Source: Eledone cirrhosa (Eukaryota). From it: a stretch of 64,000 nt of DNA. The notes below the pieces were generated by a model, which had not been told where the DNA came from, did not search any database, and saw nothing but the letters and a program-made list of their open reading frames with translations. The stretch is taken from assembly GCA_964016885.1 (NCBI GenBank), contig OZ024748.1:46748001-46812000 (forward strand), given 5' to 3'. Positions 29,765 to 45,359 of the stretch are shown in pieces (the stretch's first letter is position 1; every line of letters begins with the position of its first letter). Both the position numbers and the translations under genes were made by a program.

Positions 29765-30612
29765 AATAGAGAGACAGAGAAAGGGAGAGAGAGGGGGAGA
29801 GAGGCAGAGAGAGAGAGCGAGAGACGCAGAGAGGGGAGAAATACAGAGGGATAGAGAGAAGGGCGGAGAGAGAAAGAGAGAAAGAGAAGGAGAGAAAGAG
29901 AGGGGGGGGGGGAAAGGGGAGAGAAGCAGAGAGAGAGAGATGGGGAAAGAATACAAAATGAGGAGTAGAGATAAAGACAGAGATAAATAGAATGAGGCAG
30001 AAATATAAGAAGACGAAGTGAAGGAGGAAGGGGGGGGAGAGGAAGGGAACGACAAGAAAGAGGAGGAGAAGGAGAAGAAGAAGGAGGAGAAGGAGAAGAA
30101 AGATAAGGAGGAGGAGGAGGAGGAGGAGGAGGAGGAAGAGAAGAAAGGCTTAATAAAGAAGAGAAAAGTAAAACGAGAAAAAGATAATTACGAAAACAAA
30201 GTTTTACGAGACAAAGAGTGAAAGAGAGAGAAAGAGGGTATGTGAGATTGAGGGAGAGAAAAAAGTGAGAGAGAGACAGAAAGAGAGAGAGTGTGAGTCC
30301 GAGAGAGAGAGAGAGAAGACAAAGTAATTGGGATAGTAAGTGAAAAGAGGGGTGAGGATTTCTAAGAGAATTTCGTTTCTCTTTCAAAGATGAGTGATAA
30401 TAAAACTAACAGCAATTAAAATAAAATAATAAAGAAAAACACCAACAACATCAACAACACCACCACCACCACCACCACTAACATCAACAACACCAACAAC
30501 ACCACCACCAACAAGAACCCCACCAACATCAACACCAACAACAACACCAACAACAACTCCAACAACACCACCAACAACATCACCATCAACAACAGCAACA
30601 CCAACAAGAACA
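29765..30612. repeat. Purine-rich (GA/GGA) tract followed by a (CAA/CAC)n low-complexity tract
   Basis: Direct reading. Confidence 0.9.
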
Positions 30613-30806
30613 ATGTGACAATAGAATATCTGTGAAAATATTTAGTTTTAAATTATTTATTGATATGAATTTAATTTAATATTCTCAAATATTATTATGG
30701 TAGAGAATACAACAGAATACAAAAAATATATATTTTCACTAATTCATATTTCCTATACAATCAATCAATATATATGTTTATGTGTATGTGTATATATCTA
30801 TGCATC

Positions 30807-30838
<32 letters not shown>

Positions 30839-30940
30839 CTTATATATATTTTTTTTTTAATGTATTTTATTTTATATTTATTACCACGTGTCTTCTTCTC
30901 TCAATACTGTTTGGGGGATGGAGTCAATTGTTTGACAGCA

Positions 30941-30983
<43 letters not shown>

Positions 30984-31290
30984 TTATATATATATATATA
31001 TCTAATATATATATATATTAGATATATGTCTGTGTGTGTACGCATGGGTGTTAATTATATATGTGTGTGTGGGGCTAAATATTATATATATGTTTATATA
31101 TATAAAGATTAAAGGTTAGAAGCATCAACGTTGTTTGACTACGAAATATAGTCTCTTATGTTGGCTACAGAAATGCTTTCTGTCTTCAGATTTTATAAGC
31201 CAAGCTTAGAAAAATAAATGTTTTTTGACAATGAAAATTAGTCTAACTTCCAAATTCAACACTTTCTCGTCGCTCAACGATTCTAAAAAC

Positions 31291-31349
<59 letters not shown>

Positions 31350-31518
31350 ATATATTTAGAAACACACAGATACATGCGGACACACACATATACATGAATG
31401 CATCCACACCCAACCGTGAGTTAAGGGTGCCAACCTCACCGATGTTGCTCAATGAATGACTGGGACAGACCAATCCGGTTGAACCAGACTGAACCAGTAT
31501 CAGAGTTAAAATTACATT

Positions 31519-31924
31519 ATGAAGAGAGAAGAAACATTTAGATATAATTAGTAATAAAATGTATCATACCTAAACTGCTCTTAGATTCCTCGACTACGCA
31601 GTTTCGTGGCATAAACAAAAACAATACATCATAAAGATATAGAGTCCCTGCGAGGTCTGCTTAGCTCTGTTTCTCGACCGTTATATCGCGTGACTATCTC
31701 CCCCTCCGCCTTTTGGGATTCTTTCTCACGTCGTGTAGACGCGTTCTTGAGACTAGTAAAATGAGGTTTCCTCTTGATAAGTCGGCAGACCTCGCGGGGA
31801 CTCTATATCTTTATGATGTATTGTTTTTGTTTATGCCACGAAACTACGTATTTGAGGAATCTAGGAGCAGTTTAGGTATGATACATTTTATTACTAATTA
31901 TATCTAAATGTTTCTTCTCTCTTC

Positions 31925-31926
<2 letters not shown>
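31519..31926 (+). mobile_element. Penelope-like remnant with inverted arms of about 140 bp (31519-31660 and 31785-31926)
   Basis: Arms are reverse complements with few mismatches; right end runs into (TA)n. Confidence 0.85.
31768..31859 (+). ncRNA. Type I HHR with U3-A8 core (TTGATAA)
   Basis: ttcctc-TTGATAA-gt c ggca...tgcc ac-GAA-actacgtatt-T-gaggaa; the left-arm copy gives actgcgtagt-C, implying ancestral palindromic ACTACGTAGT and a GUC site. Confidence 0.7.
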
Positions 31927-31969
<43 letters not shown>

Positions 31970-32217
31970 TATATAGATTTACATATACATAAACTAGACA
32001 GAGCCGTAGATATATATATGTGTTTTTGGCAACCATTCACGGTGTCGCTCAATGACGAATAATTAATTAAATAAATAACAATCAGAGCAATATACAAGAA
32101 AGTAAGTCATTAGAATCATTTGATAAAATATATACAATATTTCCTCTCCCAATCAGCATAATCAACCACACAAAAAATCAATTAACCAAGGCTATGAGAT
32201 TAAAAGGCACCTATGAA

Positions 32218-32590
32218 GAAACAATAGATAAATAAACCATAGCTGTTTTATTCCCGATCAACAGCCACAGAATATTTACCCAGTATTACTAATAGCCCGT
32301 GGAAATAGATTAGATATATAGCCAATCTATACACAATTAGGTACAAAATCAAAGTTAGAAGAAAATGTATACAAGCATACCGAAATTATGTCTCAATTAT
32401 GTCTCAATTTTGGTATGCTTGTATACATTTTTCTTCTAACTTTGATTTTGTACCTGGATTGGCTATATATCTTGTGTATGGATTGGCTATATATCTAATC
32501 GATTTCCACGGGCTATTAGTAATACTGGGTAAATATTCTGTGGCTGTTGATCGGGAATAAAATAGCTATCGTTTATTTATCTATTGTTTC
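32218..32590. repeat. Long fold-back palindrome (arms about 170 bp) with a tandemly duplicated apex (aattatgtctc x2)
   Basis: 32218-32387 versus 32406-32590; the right arm has an extra ggattggctatatatct duplication. Confidence 0.93.
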
Positions 32591-32789
32591 GGACATTTCA
32601 ACGCCTTGGATTGACTTTAATGTGTTGAAATGTCCGTGATCTCCAGCAGACAACTGATGATGGGAATGTTCCCTGTTCGTGCTTTCCTCTTATTTTATAA
32701 ATACACTTTATCAAGTAACCACAGAGCTCGCTGCTTTTTTCAGAATTTGTACGCCCTCAAAAGATAAAATACAGATAAAACAAACTTTG

Positions 32790-32850
32790 TATTTCATCTG
32801 ATGAGAGCATACCAAAGTTTTGGTACCCTTGAAATATATATAATAGAATA
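32790..32850 (+). ncRNA. Type I HHR, same family as 15995-16060
   Basis: tatttcat-CTGATGA-gag...ctt-GAA-atatatat-A-atagaata; downstream aatatggttttataaatata is shared with the 16 kb copy. Confidence 0.7.
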
Positions 32851-32893
32851 AATATGGTTTTATAAATATAGTTTCCATTTATTAATATCATTT

Positions 32894-32950
<57 letters not shown>

Positions 32951-33027
32951 TATCCTAGGGTTCAATCGGGGGTAACCACAGTAAGTTCCTCAATACATAG
33001 CAGAGTATAAATATTTAATATAGAAAT

Positions 33028-33078
33028 GGCTTCTACGGTACTACAACTGTTTCATTCGGGAGATATCATCAGGAAGCC
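33028..33078 (-). ncRNA. Type I HHR (stems II and III partly decayed)
   Basis: ggcttc-CTGATGA-tatctcccgaat-GAA-acagttgtagtaccgt-A-gaagcc; 6-bp stem I; short fold-back atcatcagg/cctgatgat at its 5' junction. Confidence 0.65.
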
Positions 33079-33442
33079 CTGATGATTATATATATATATG
33101 TATATATATATATGTATATATATATATGAACAAGTAAGACCCCGACGGCTGAGCTCAAGCCGTTTCGATGGCTAATTTCTATATATATATATATATAATA
33201 ATGACGTACAAGCCACCAGGTTAGACTTTATCGCATTTATTCATTATACAATCGGTGTTATATACGTCATCGAAATATTCCTACAACATCTATTGTATAA
33301 TGAATATAGGAAGTAAATTTTAACCTGTTGACGTTTACTTCATTGTTATAATTAAACTCTGGATAAAGCAAGCTTACTTGTATACTTCGTTCAGTCCTTT
33401 AATCTGCATAGTGTTCGTGATTGACTAACACATATTTTACCA

Positions 33443-33575
<133 letters not shown>

Positions 33576-33649
33576 TGTACCAACTCATAATATAATATTA
33601 TTAAATTAAATCAAATTGTTTAGAACTACAAGTAAGTCATTATTTTCCC

Positions 33650-33830
33650 TTGGCAGTATCGGTAGAGGGTCGGACGCCATGCTTTCCAGTATAGTTACGT
33701 CCCTTTATGATCTGAGTTCAAATCCCGCCGAGGTTGACTTTGCCTTTCATCCTTAGGGGGTCGATAAAATAAAGTACCAGTAATGCACTGGGTAATTGCT
33801 GGCCTTGTGCCTAAAGTAGAAACAATTATT
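33650..33830 (+). mobile_element. tRNA-derived SINE
   Basis: tggcagtatcggtag (A box) ... gagttcaaatcccgcc (B box) ... gcctttcatccttagggggtcgataaaataaagtaccag. Confidence 0.88.
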
Positions 33831-33856
33831 TTCCTTTTTTCAAATATATATATATA

Positions 33857-34411
33857 TATTAAAATAACAGATTAAAGATTAAGCAAAGAATCGCTGCTTT
33901 CACCCTTAATGGGATCTTCTGAAGATCCCGTTAAGGGTGAAAGCAGCGATTCTTTGCTTAAACTTTAATCTGTTATTTTAATAAATATTTGCTCTACGGT
34001 TCTAATATATTTGATATATATTTATCCTTATCGAGCCCTCTTTGGATTTTAGTCTTCAAATTTATTATTATTACTATTATTATTACTATATATATATATA
34101 TTACTATATATATATATATATATTTATTTATTAAAATAACAGATTAAAGTTTAAGCAAGGAATCGCTGCTTTCACCCTTAACGGGATCTTCTGAAACTAA
34201 CAAAGTCAATCTGTGAACGCAGAAGTGAATATTTCAAGAAACGTTGCAACCGGAGGAAGACAGGAAGACGATAAGGGTGAAAGCAGCGATTCTTTGCTGA
34301 TACTTTAATCTGTTATTTTAATAAATATTTGCTCTACGGTTCATATATATTTGATATATATTTATCCTTATCGAGCGCTCTTTGGATTTTAGTCTTCTAA
34401 TTTATTATTAT

Positions 34412-34415
<4 letters not shown>
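33857..34415. mobile_element. Cluster of four CAGAAGA-family copies in two inverted pairs
   Basis: Palindrome 33857-33983 centred on 33920 (1-nt loop); minus copy 34125-34270 joined to plus copy 34272-34415; outer ends at (TA)n. Confidence 0.9.
34139..34214 (-). ncRNA. HHR-like motif, CAGAAGA core
   Basis: Reverse complement reads acagattgactttgttagttt-CAGAAGA-tcccgttaagggt-GAA-agca...tgct-T-aaactttaatctgt. Confidence 0.65.
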
Positions 34416-34452
<37 letters not shown>

Positions 34453-34499
34453 CATGACACTGGTTCAATTACGCCTTCAATATAAAAGCACAAAATCAT

Positions 34500-35130
34500 T
34501 TAAATTACATAATATACGAAGCCCACACTGGATCTAAATGTTGCAAAAACTGAGTAGATATGTTTAAAAATTGATAATGATAATGGAATATTTGCAAATG
34601 CTGCTAAGACGCATCAGCTTTATCTATTTAGATCCAAAGGTCGTCAGCTGTAATGGCCCTGGTGATTAAGACATTCTTCATAGAAAAGCAGCGTTAGTCT
34701 ATAACGCAATGACCTTCGACAGATTTGGAAAGCCACCATCAATATTAATCTGAAGTTAGGGATGTATAATACACGATATCTACCAATGTTTCTTTATGGC
34801 TGAGAGACATGGATCGGGCATACGCAAAAGCAAAAACGTATCATCCGTGGCGTAATATACAAACATTGCAAAACAAATAAAGAAGGTTTCACATGCACAG
34901 AGCAGTCGCATCTCTATGCTCGGCTACGAAACCGGTGATTCACATGGATTGGTCATCAAATCCGGCATACAATTAGTAACTTACATGCAGAGTGTCTTCT
35001 GCTACATTAACTACCAGGTCACCGCATGAGACAAGACCAAGGACCACATTCCAAAGAAATCTCACAAAAGAACTGAATGCAAAAGTCACTGCAATTCAGC
35101 CAAAAGCCAAGAATAGAAACGTTTGAACAG
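34500..35130 (+). mobile_element. Decayed RTE-like LINE fragment
   Basis: IWKATININLKLGMYNTRYLPMFLYG*ETW and RLRNR*FTWIGH resemble post-RT RTE motifs; multiple stops. Confidence 0.65.
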
Positions 35131-35233
35131 GTTTTATTTTATCTTTCTCATGACTTTATGACATTATTTTAATATGGTTTATGGATGTATACATATCTCT
35201 CTGCGTTCTATAATTTCATTTGAAATAATCAAT

Positions 35234-35423
35234 AATTATTTCTACTTTTGGCACAAGGCCAGCAATTACCCAGTGCATTACTGGTACTTTATTTTATCGA
35301 CCCCCTAAGGATGAAAGGCAAAGTGAACCTTGGCGGGATTTGAACTCAGATCATAAAAGGCCGTTACTCTATGCTGCAAAGCATGGCGCCCAGCCCTCTA
35401 CCGATACTGCCAATCCATCGCCC
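35234..35423 (-). mobile_element. tRNA-derived SINE
   Basis: Reverse complement of the 33650-33830 family, including the head ggcgatggattggcagtatcgg. Confidence 0.88.
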
Positions 35424-37594
35424 TTTGAAATAATAAATAATGATTGATATACGCGCGCGCGTGCGTATGTATGTATATATATTCGTCTAGTTTTAAAGGT
35501 GTTTCAGCATTTATATTTTGTGAAAGCAATATATAAAAAAGGAATAACACAGTGTGTCATGTAAAAGACCCCTGGTCGTTGTGGACAAGATGTTGATTGT
35601 GCTGGTCCGAATGATGGCGCTGAATAACCCACTTCACCACTGAGTGTTTATATTTAGAGATGGCCAAAACTATTCCGATACATGGAACCAGGATATGTTT
35701 TCCCCGCTAAGGTTTCAACAAGGACACTAACACAGAGAGACTGTTATTTTATCCATATGTGACCTTCATCCTATCGGGACGTCGAAGTTTTGTGAGAAGA
35801 AGATGTAACCCTCATATTACACTATATTTAACTTTTTCGGTACCATATTACTAATAAAAGAGACCGCCCATGATTTTCGAATAATTCCAAATATATTCCA
35901 GACATTTCGAATTATAACTAACTTTCTTTTTGTTAAGCTAGTTTTCGGAAGAAAACTTAATAGTTTTTTACATAAAATTATAATAGTTGGCTGTTAGATA
36001 ATTATGAATACGTTAACATAAACAGCTTTGAAGGTTTGTATCCTAGAATCAAGACTGGTTTCTGGCAGTTTGGTATCCCAACTGTTAAATAGAAATTTCG
36101 TTCGTGACTTAACTATAAAAAAAAACGATACATTTAAATGTAATAAATCGATGAAGAAGGAGACAAAATATCACGTGACATTATGCAATATTAGACAGAT
36201 GAAGATAAATATTCTGCCTATAGAATATTATTATAGAGAATATTATTTATGTTATTTACCTAGTCAGTGCCAAGCATGTCATGTTAAGAAATACTACATC
36301 TCACGCTATAGTCAGACGTGAATTATTAGTAGAATGTTGAATATGGCAGTGATTAATATACACAGATATCTATTTATATTATTTTGCTATATTTTACATT
36401 TGGCATGGAATTGTGTTGTAACCGAAATGACTATTATGGAATATCATGGAATAATACCATTTATATTTTAGCTGATTCTGTATGAGATATAAACACTTAA
36501 TCAAGTCATACATAGCTTGTTAAGGATATTATGCAAAATATCTGTTTAGTAGAGGTGTGTATGTGTGTGGGTAGTCTGCAAGGAGATTATTAATCATGGG
36601 AGTACTCAATGCATGGTGAGATGCAGAGTTGGTATAGATATAAGTAAAATCTTGACCGCCAAGTAATCGGGAATAGATTTAGACAGTCGAAGCCAACAGA
36701 TTAAACAAAATTGATTCTTTCCTGCTACTCCCACTGCAGGTAAGGCTAAGGCCAGCACTAAGAGAGAAAGAAAGGAAACTAGAGACGAAAATGTGAACTT
36801 TTCTCCCTATATATGTATGCAATCCCCCCTCCCATATTCTTATTATTCTTATTAATATGCAATTTAATTGCATTATACACTTCCGTCGTGTGAAAAAGCG
36901 TATAAGCTGAAACCGGAAATTCCTATTTTGTAAATAAATATTTTGATGTTATTCTGAGAGAAAATCCTTTAGCATTTTTCTACTTTTTTTTTATTTTTAA
37001 TATATATATATATATATACATATATATATAGTAATATTTAATATAGAAATGGATTTTGTATAATTTTTTCTTGTATACACTCTAGTGTATTGAGTACCTT
37101 ACTTACTGTGATACTGTGGTTAGACCCGATTGAACCCGGTACTCTGAAAGAAAGAAAGAGAGACGTACCCTCAATACACTAATATATGCACCACACATTC
37201 ATATAAGTTTTGTCCTAGGACTGACGTGAACCAAAACATCCCTCATCAACGGATTTCTTTTCGTGAACATCTCATCGATTAGTTTGAGACCAAGTATTCC
37301 AAAATTATTCCTTTCCTTAAGATATCAGGAAGATGTTGTGGGTTAATTACACAGCAATAAGATTAGTTAGAACCTGTAGTATTAATTAAAATATATCGAA
37401 TTTTGTGTAATTAAGTCATATAAGCTGTCTTAACTGGCAAAATAGATTTTTGTTGCTTGAATTCTTTATATTTCAAAATATCGATTTTTATATTTAACAT
37501 AGCAATTCTATAACAAGTTTTTATTTTTCACACTATTTCTCTATACACACACCGACCACCAAGGTAAAATACGTTCAAACACACTGACACACAT

Positions 37595-37652
<58 letters not shown>

Positions 37653-37839
37653 GTCTATTTGTGTGTGTGTGTGAGTATGTATGCGTGTGTGTGTCTGTGT
37701 ACGTATGTATATGGTAATTTGATTTATCATTCTTTAAACTATGATTAAATGGCGAGTACGTGTATACATTTCAAAACAAATATGAATGGTCAGACATAGT
37801 AGAGTGTAGAGAACTATACACATGCAAACACATAGATAT

Positions 37840-37944
<105 letters not shown>

Positions 37945-38408
37945 CACACATATATATATATATATACATATATGTATATATATATATATAAACATATATG
38001 TATATGTATATGTATATATATATATATATACATAAACATATGTACGCATCTATATGTATGTGTGTATGTGTGTGTGTCTGTATATATATATATATGCACA
38101 AGAAAAAAGTCTACTCATTAGATTGAATAAACAAGTTAAAATGTAGAATTTTACAGCGAGTGAATGTTACTGTATTACGAGTTTAGCTATATACACGCCT
38201 ACACGTTATAGCCGCATATATATATGGAGAGAGACGGGGAGTGAGATAGAGAGAGTGAGAGAGAGACCGACAGAGACTGTGCGAGAGAGAGAACTAGATG
38301 GATACATAGGACGGTACATATTTATGTGTGTGTGTGCTTGTGTAACAATGTATAACATAAATGCACGTGTATATATATATAGACGTGTATAGAGTCACAC
38401 ATACAATC

Positions 38409-38482
<74 letters not shown>

Positions 38483-39524
38483 ATATACATATATAGACAT
38501 ATATATATACATACATATATATATATATATATAAACATATATATAAATAAACACATATATATATATATATGTGTGCATGTATACATGTACGTATGGATTC
38601 ACCGAACATTTATTATAATGCTCGGTGTGTTTGTAAACAAACATCCCGTATTAAGCCGTAGTGTCTAGCAACCATCGTTGCTCGTTTGTTCAACAATGAC
38701 AAAGGAACACTGTCAAAGGATTCTGAATTAATTTTCCGTATCAAATTTTACATATACTTCGTACGAGCATTTATGTAGTTTGCACTAGAATTTTTGTATC
38801 GTGGCGGCACCCTTAGAGATAGTATTAGTAATCTTTTTCGGGATTCTGAATTATTATTTCATATTAGTTTTTTTTTTTTGCACTGGGTGGTTGCTGGCCT
38901 TGTGCCTGGAGTAGAAACCTTTATTTCGCACTGGTCTCGGGACTCTGATTTATTATTTCGTGGTAGTTTCTTTAGTACTTTGGCCTCCCCACTTGTTGAC
39001 CCGCCACCGTAAGATATATTCGGTTGTTTACTTATACCTCTTAAAAGGGTCTCATTATAATTCCGTCCCACCTAATAAACCTTTCTTTAGTCTAGCAGGA
39101 CCAGTGAGAGTTTTGATAGCTGCCCTTAGGTTATAGTAACCAGAAATTGTTTTTTTTTTTTTTACATTTAATTGTTTTTTAACACTTTCGATATTTTTCT
39201 ATATATTTACCCCATATTGTTTTACTTATTGTTTCGATTTCCTCCCCCTCCCCTCCCTAGTACCTTCTTTGACCTGCTGCCCAGCTGTAGTTGGCACTAT
39301 CAACGCACGACGGTGTTTCCTCCACCCCCTCTCCCTCTTTCTTCTACTGGCAGGTTCAGCTACCCCTTCCCTCCACAAATTGCAATGATATATGTGTGCA
39401 TGTATGTATATATATAATCATACTACTGTACGTCTGTATACATATATATATGTACGTGTACATACTTATATTTAAGTAACAGCCGTACTAAGAGTAGGAA
39501 ATAAAATTTCGTTTCATTTTTTCC

Positions 39525-39648
<124 letters not shown>

Positions 39649-39700
39649 CCTATATATATATATATATATATATACCTATATATATATATATATATATATA

Positions 39701-41838
<2,138 letters not shown>

Positions 41839-41843
41839 ATATA

Positions 41844-41877
<34 letters not shown>

Positions 41878-41908
41878 TATATATATATATATGTTTATAT
41901 ATATATAT

Positions 41909-41980
<72 letters not shown>

Positions 41981-42020
41981 CTATACATATATACATATAT
42001 ATACATATATATATATATAT

Positions 42021-42065
<45 letters not shown>

Positions 42066-42092
42066 GGGCAATAAATATATGTTATGAATATA

Positions 42093-42140
<48 letters not shown>

Positions 42141-42202
42141 CATATATATATAAATATATATATATATAAACATATATATATATATAAATATATATATATA
42201 TA

Positions 42203-42238
<36 letters not shown>

Positions 42239-42288
42239 TATATATATATATATGTTTATATATATGTTTATATATATATATATATGTT

Positions 42289-42320
<32 letters not shown>

Positions 42321-42499
42321 CATATATATACATATATATACATATATATAAACATATATATATATATATAAACATATATATATATATATATATATATACA
42401 TAAACATATATATATATAAACATATATATATATATATATATAAACATATATATATATAAACATATATATATATATATAAACATATATATATATATATAT

Positions 42500-42530
<31 letters not shown>

Positions 42531-42541
42531 TACATATATAC

Positions 42542-42588
<47 letters not shown>

Positions 42589-42699
42589 CATATATATATA
42601 TACATATATATATACATATATACATATATATATATACATATATATATATACATATATACATATATACATATATATATATACATATATACATATATATAT

Positions 42700-42730
<31 letters not shown>

Positions 42731-43132
42731 TATTTGTATATAGGGCAATAAATATATGTTATGAATATTCATTCATGTTCTAATATTTCGATGATACCAA
42801 GTAAATAAATATTGAAATATATTCATACGCCTAACCTGTTACTGGGTTTTATTTTTGAAGTCTTCCAACGTATCGACTATTTAAATAACACTATTGAGTT
42901 ACATACAACTACTATTACTACTAATATTACTAGTAGTAGTAGTAGTAGTAGTAGTTGCATTGCTGATCAGTGTCTCTCTCTGAGTGGTAACCAAGACACT
43001 CTATAGAGAGTATCCCATATATATATATATATACACACACATAGATAGATAGATAGATATATTTCTTTAATATAGAAAGATAGATAGATAGATATGTGTG
43101 TGTGTGTTAGAGAGAGAGTGGTCGAGTGTTCA

Positions 43133-43171
<39 letters not shown>

Positions 43172-43499
43172 AGAATCCAGCTAAAGAGCCATCTCTTCCC
43201 CACATTGTATTTGCTATCGATGTCCTAATCTCTAATGAAAACCAATAAAACATTTTGGCATCTCGAAGATTTGTCTTGTTTGGTGTAAGAAAATATTTCA
43301 CTTCGGATTAGTTTCTGGTTCGTTAAAAATTTATGGATCTTACGTCGGTTTCGATGATGATTTATTCGGTGAAATAGACATTGAACTTGTAAATTGAGGT
43401 AAGTGTGAGAGACTATGTTAGGGATACAGGTAAACAAAATCAATCCGTCTTTTGCGATGACGAGTGTTGCAGTTGAGGCGAGCGACGCAAAATGGCGCT

Positions 43500-43772
43500 T
43501 GTGAAATTAACGTTATTTTTAAAGTAGTTGAGCATTCCACAGCCACGTGTACTCAACGTAGTTCTTATAGAGATTCAGCGTGACAGAGATTTGTGACGAG
43601 GCTGGACCTTAGGAATTACTGGTACAACTCATTTTTGTCAGCTGAATGTAATGAGCAACATAGCAACATGAAATAAATTGTCTTGCCTAAGGACAAAACA
43701 CGCAGACGGGAATCGAACTCACAACCTTACTATACCGAGCGGAATACCCTGACCCCTATATCACGCGCCTTC
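43500..43772 (-). mobile_element. Second tRNA-derived SINE family
   Basis: Minus strand has B box gagttcgattcc followed by gtgttttgtccttaggcaagaca (CORE/V-type-like). Confidence 0.6.
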
Positions 43773-44181
43773 ACGTAGAAATGTGTAATCGTAACTTAAT
43801 TCTCAGTCAGAATCAATGATACATAGTCTGTTACACGACTAGGGTTTTCAATAGCAGATCGATCCATTTCGATGGAGATCTGTGAAGACAGTTTCAGTTA
43901 CAAGGTTTGGATCAACACTAAACTATAGTAAAGGCACTCAGCTAGGTTGCCAGGTCATGGGATTGAACCCAAATCATCAGATCTTGTGTGCAGTTTCACT
44001 GGCAACTCTCTAGAAATAATATGTTATTAGAGAGAGAGAGAGAAATGTTTCTATTTTTTTATCTTTCGTATTCAAATTTCACAAATTGAAAATTATGTTC
44101 CCGTGTGGCCTATGTTTTGACTGCTATAACGTATTGGAAAGAAAATAAATATAAGTGTATATATATATATGTATGTGTGTG

Positions 44182-44266
<85 letters not shown>

Positions 44267-44308
44267 TATATATATATATATATAAAATATATATATATAT
44301 ATGTGTGT

Positions 44309-44374
<66 letters not shown>

Positions 44375-44403
44375 ATATATATATGTGTGTGTGTGTGTGC
44401 GCC

Positions 44404-44486
<83 letters not shown>

Positions 44487-44590
44487 ATATATATATGTGT
44501 GTGTGTGTATATGTATATATATATATATAAATATATATAAACAGACATATATATATATATATACAAACACACAGATATATATATATATAG

Positions 44591-44633
<43 letters not shown>

Positions 44634-44771
44634 TATATATACACAGATATATATATATATATACACACACATACACGTATATATATACACACATACATCT
44701 ATATATACACACACATATATATATACGCACTCGCACATGCACACATATATATGAAATCGCATACATATATT

Positions 44772-44803
<32 letters not shown>

Positions 44804-44833
44804 TGTCTGCGTATATATATATATGTGCGCGTA

Positions 44834-44887
<54 letters not shown>

Positions 44888-44913
44888 CACATATGTGTGT
44901 GTATATATATATA

Positions 44914-44996
<83 letters not shown>

Positions 44997-45359
44997 ATAT
45001 ATATATGTGTATATATATATATGTGTGTGTGTATATATATATATATATATGTGTATATATATATCTATGTACTATATCCCAAATCACCGGGAGAGATGAC
45101 CCCTTAGCCTTTGTCAAGGCAGAATTCTAGGAGAAGGAAAACTCTGATATAACACCTGCAACCCTGATGGTATCCAATGATGTTCTTCATTTTGGTAAAT
45201 ATCATCTTGGTTAAGAGAGTGGGTCTGGCTTTGTGGAGTGCCTTTGCTCCCTATCAAAGCTTCAGGGCACACCCATTGCTTCATATCTGGAGATCTCTCT
45301 GCACTTGTCGTCACATGGTACCATGGGCCTAGCACTATGTGTCAATAATTATCACAAGT

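Noticed and set aside
29704-30387. Ser/Leu/Pro-rich and Glu/Lys-rich ORFs
   Set aside because: Derived from GA/GGA low-complexity sequence
32654-32680. CTGATGA core at 32654
   Set aside because: No downstream GAAA, stem III or stem I partner; at most a truncated half
33650-33830. tRNA gene
   Set aside because: A and B boxes are present but there is no cloverleaf; it is a multi-copy SINE
36660-36745. Possible exon ending in CAG|GTAAG
   Set aside because: No convincing acceptor or recognisable peptide; cannot be supported without RNA data
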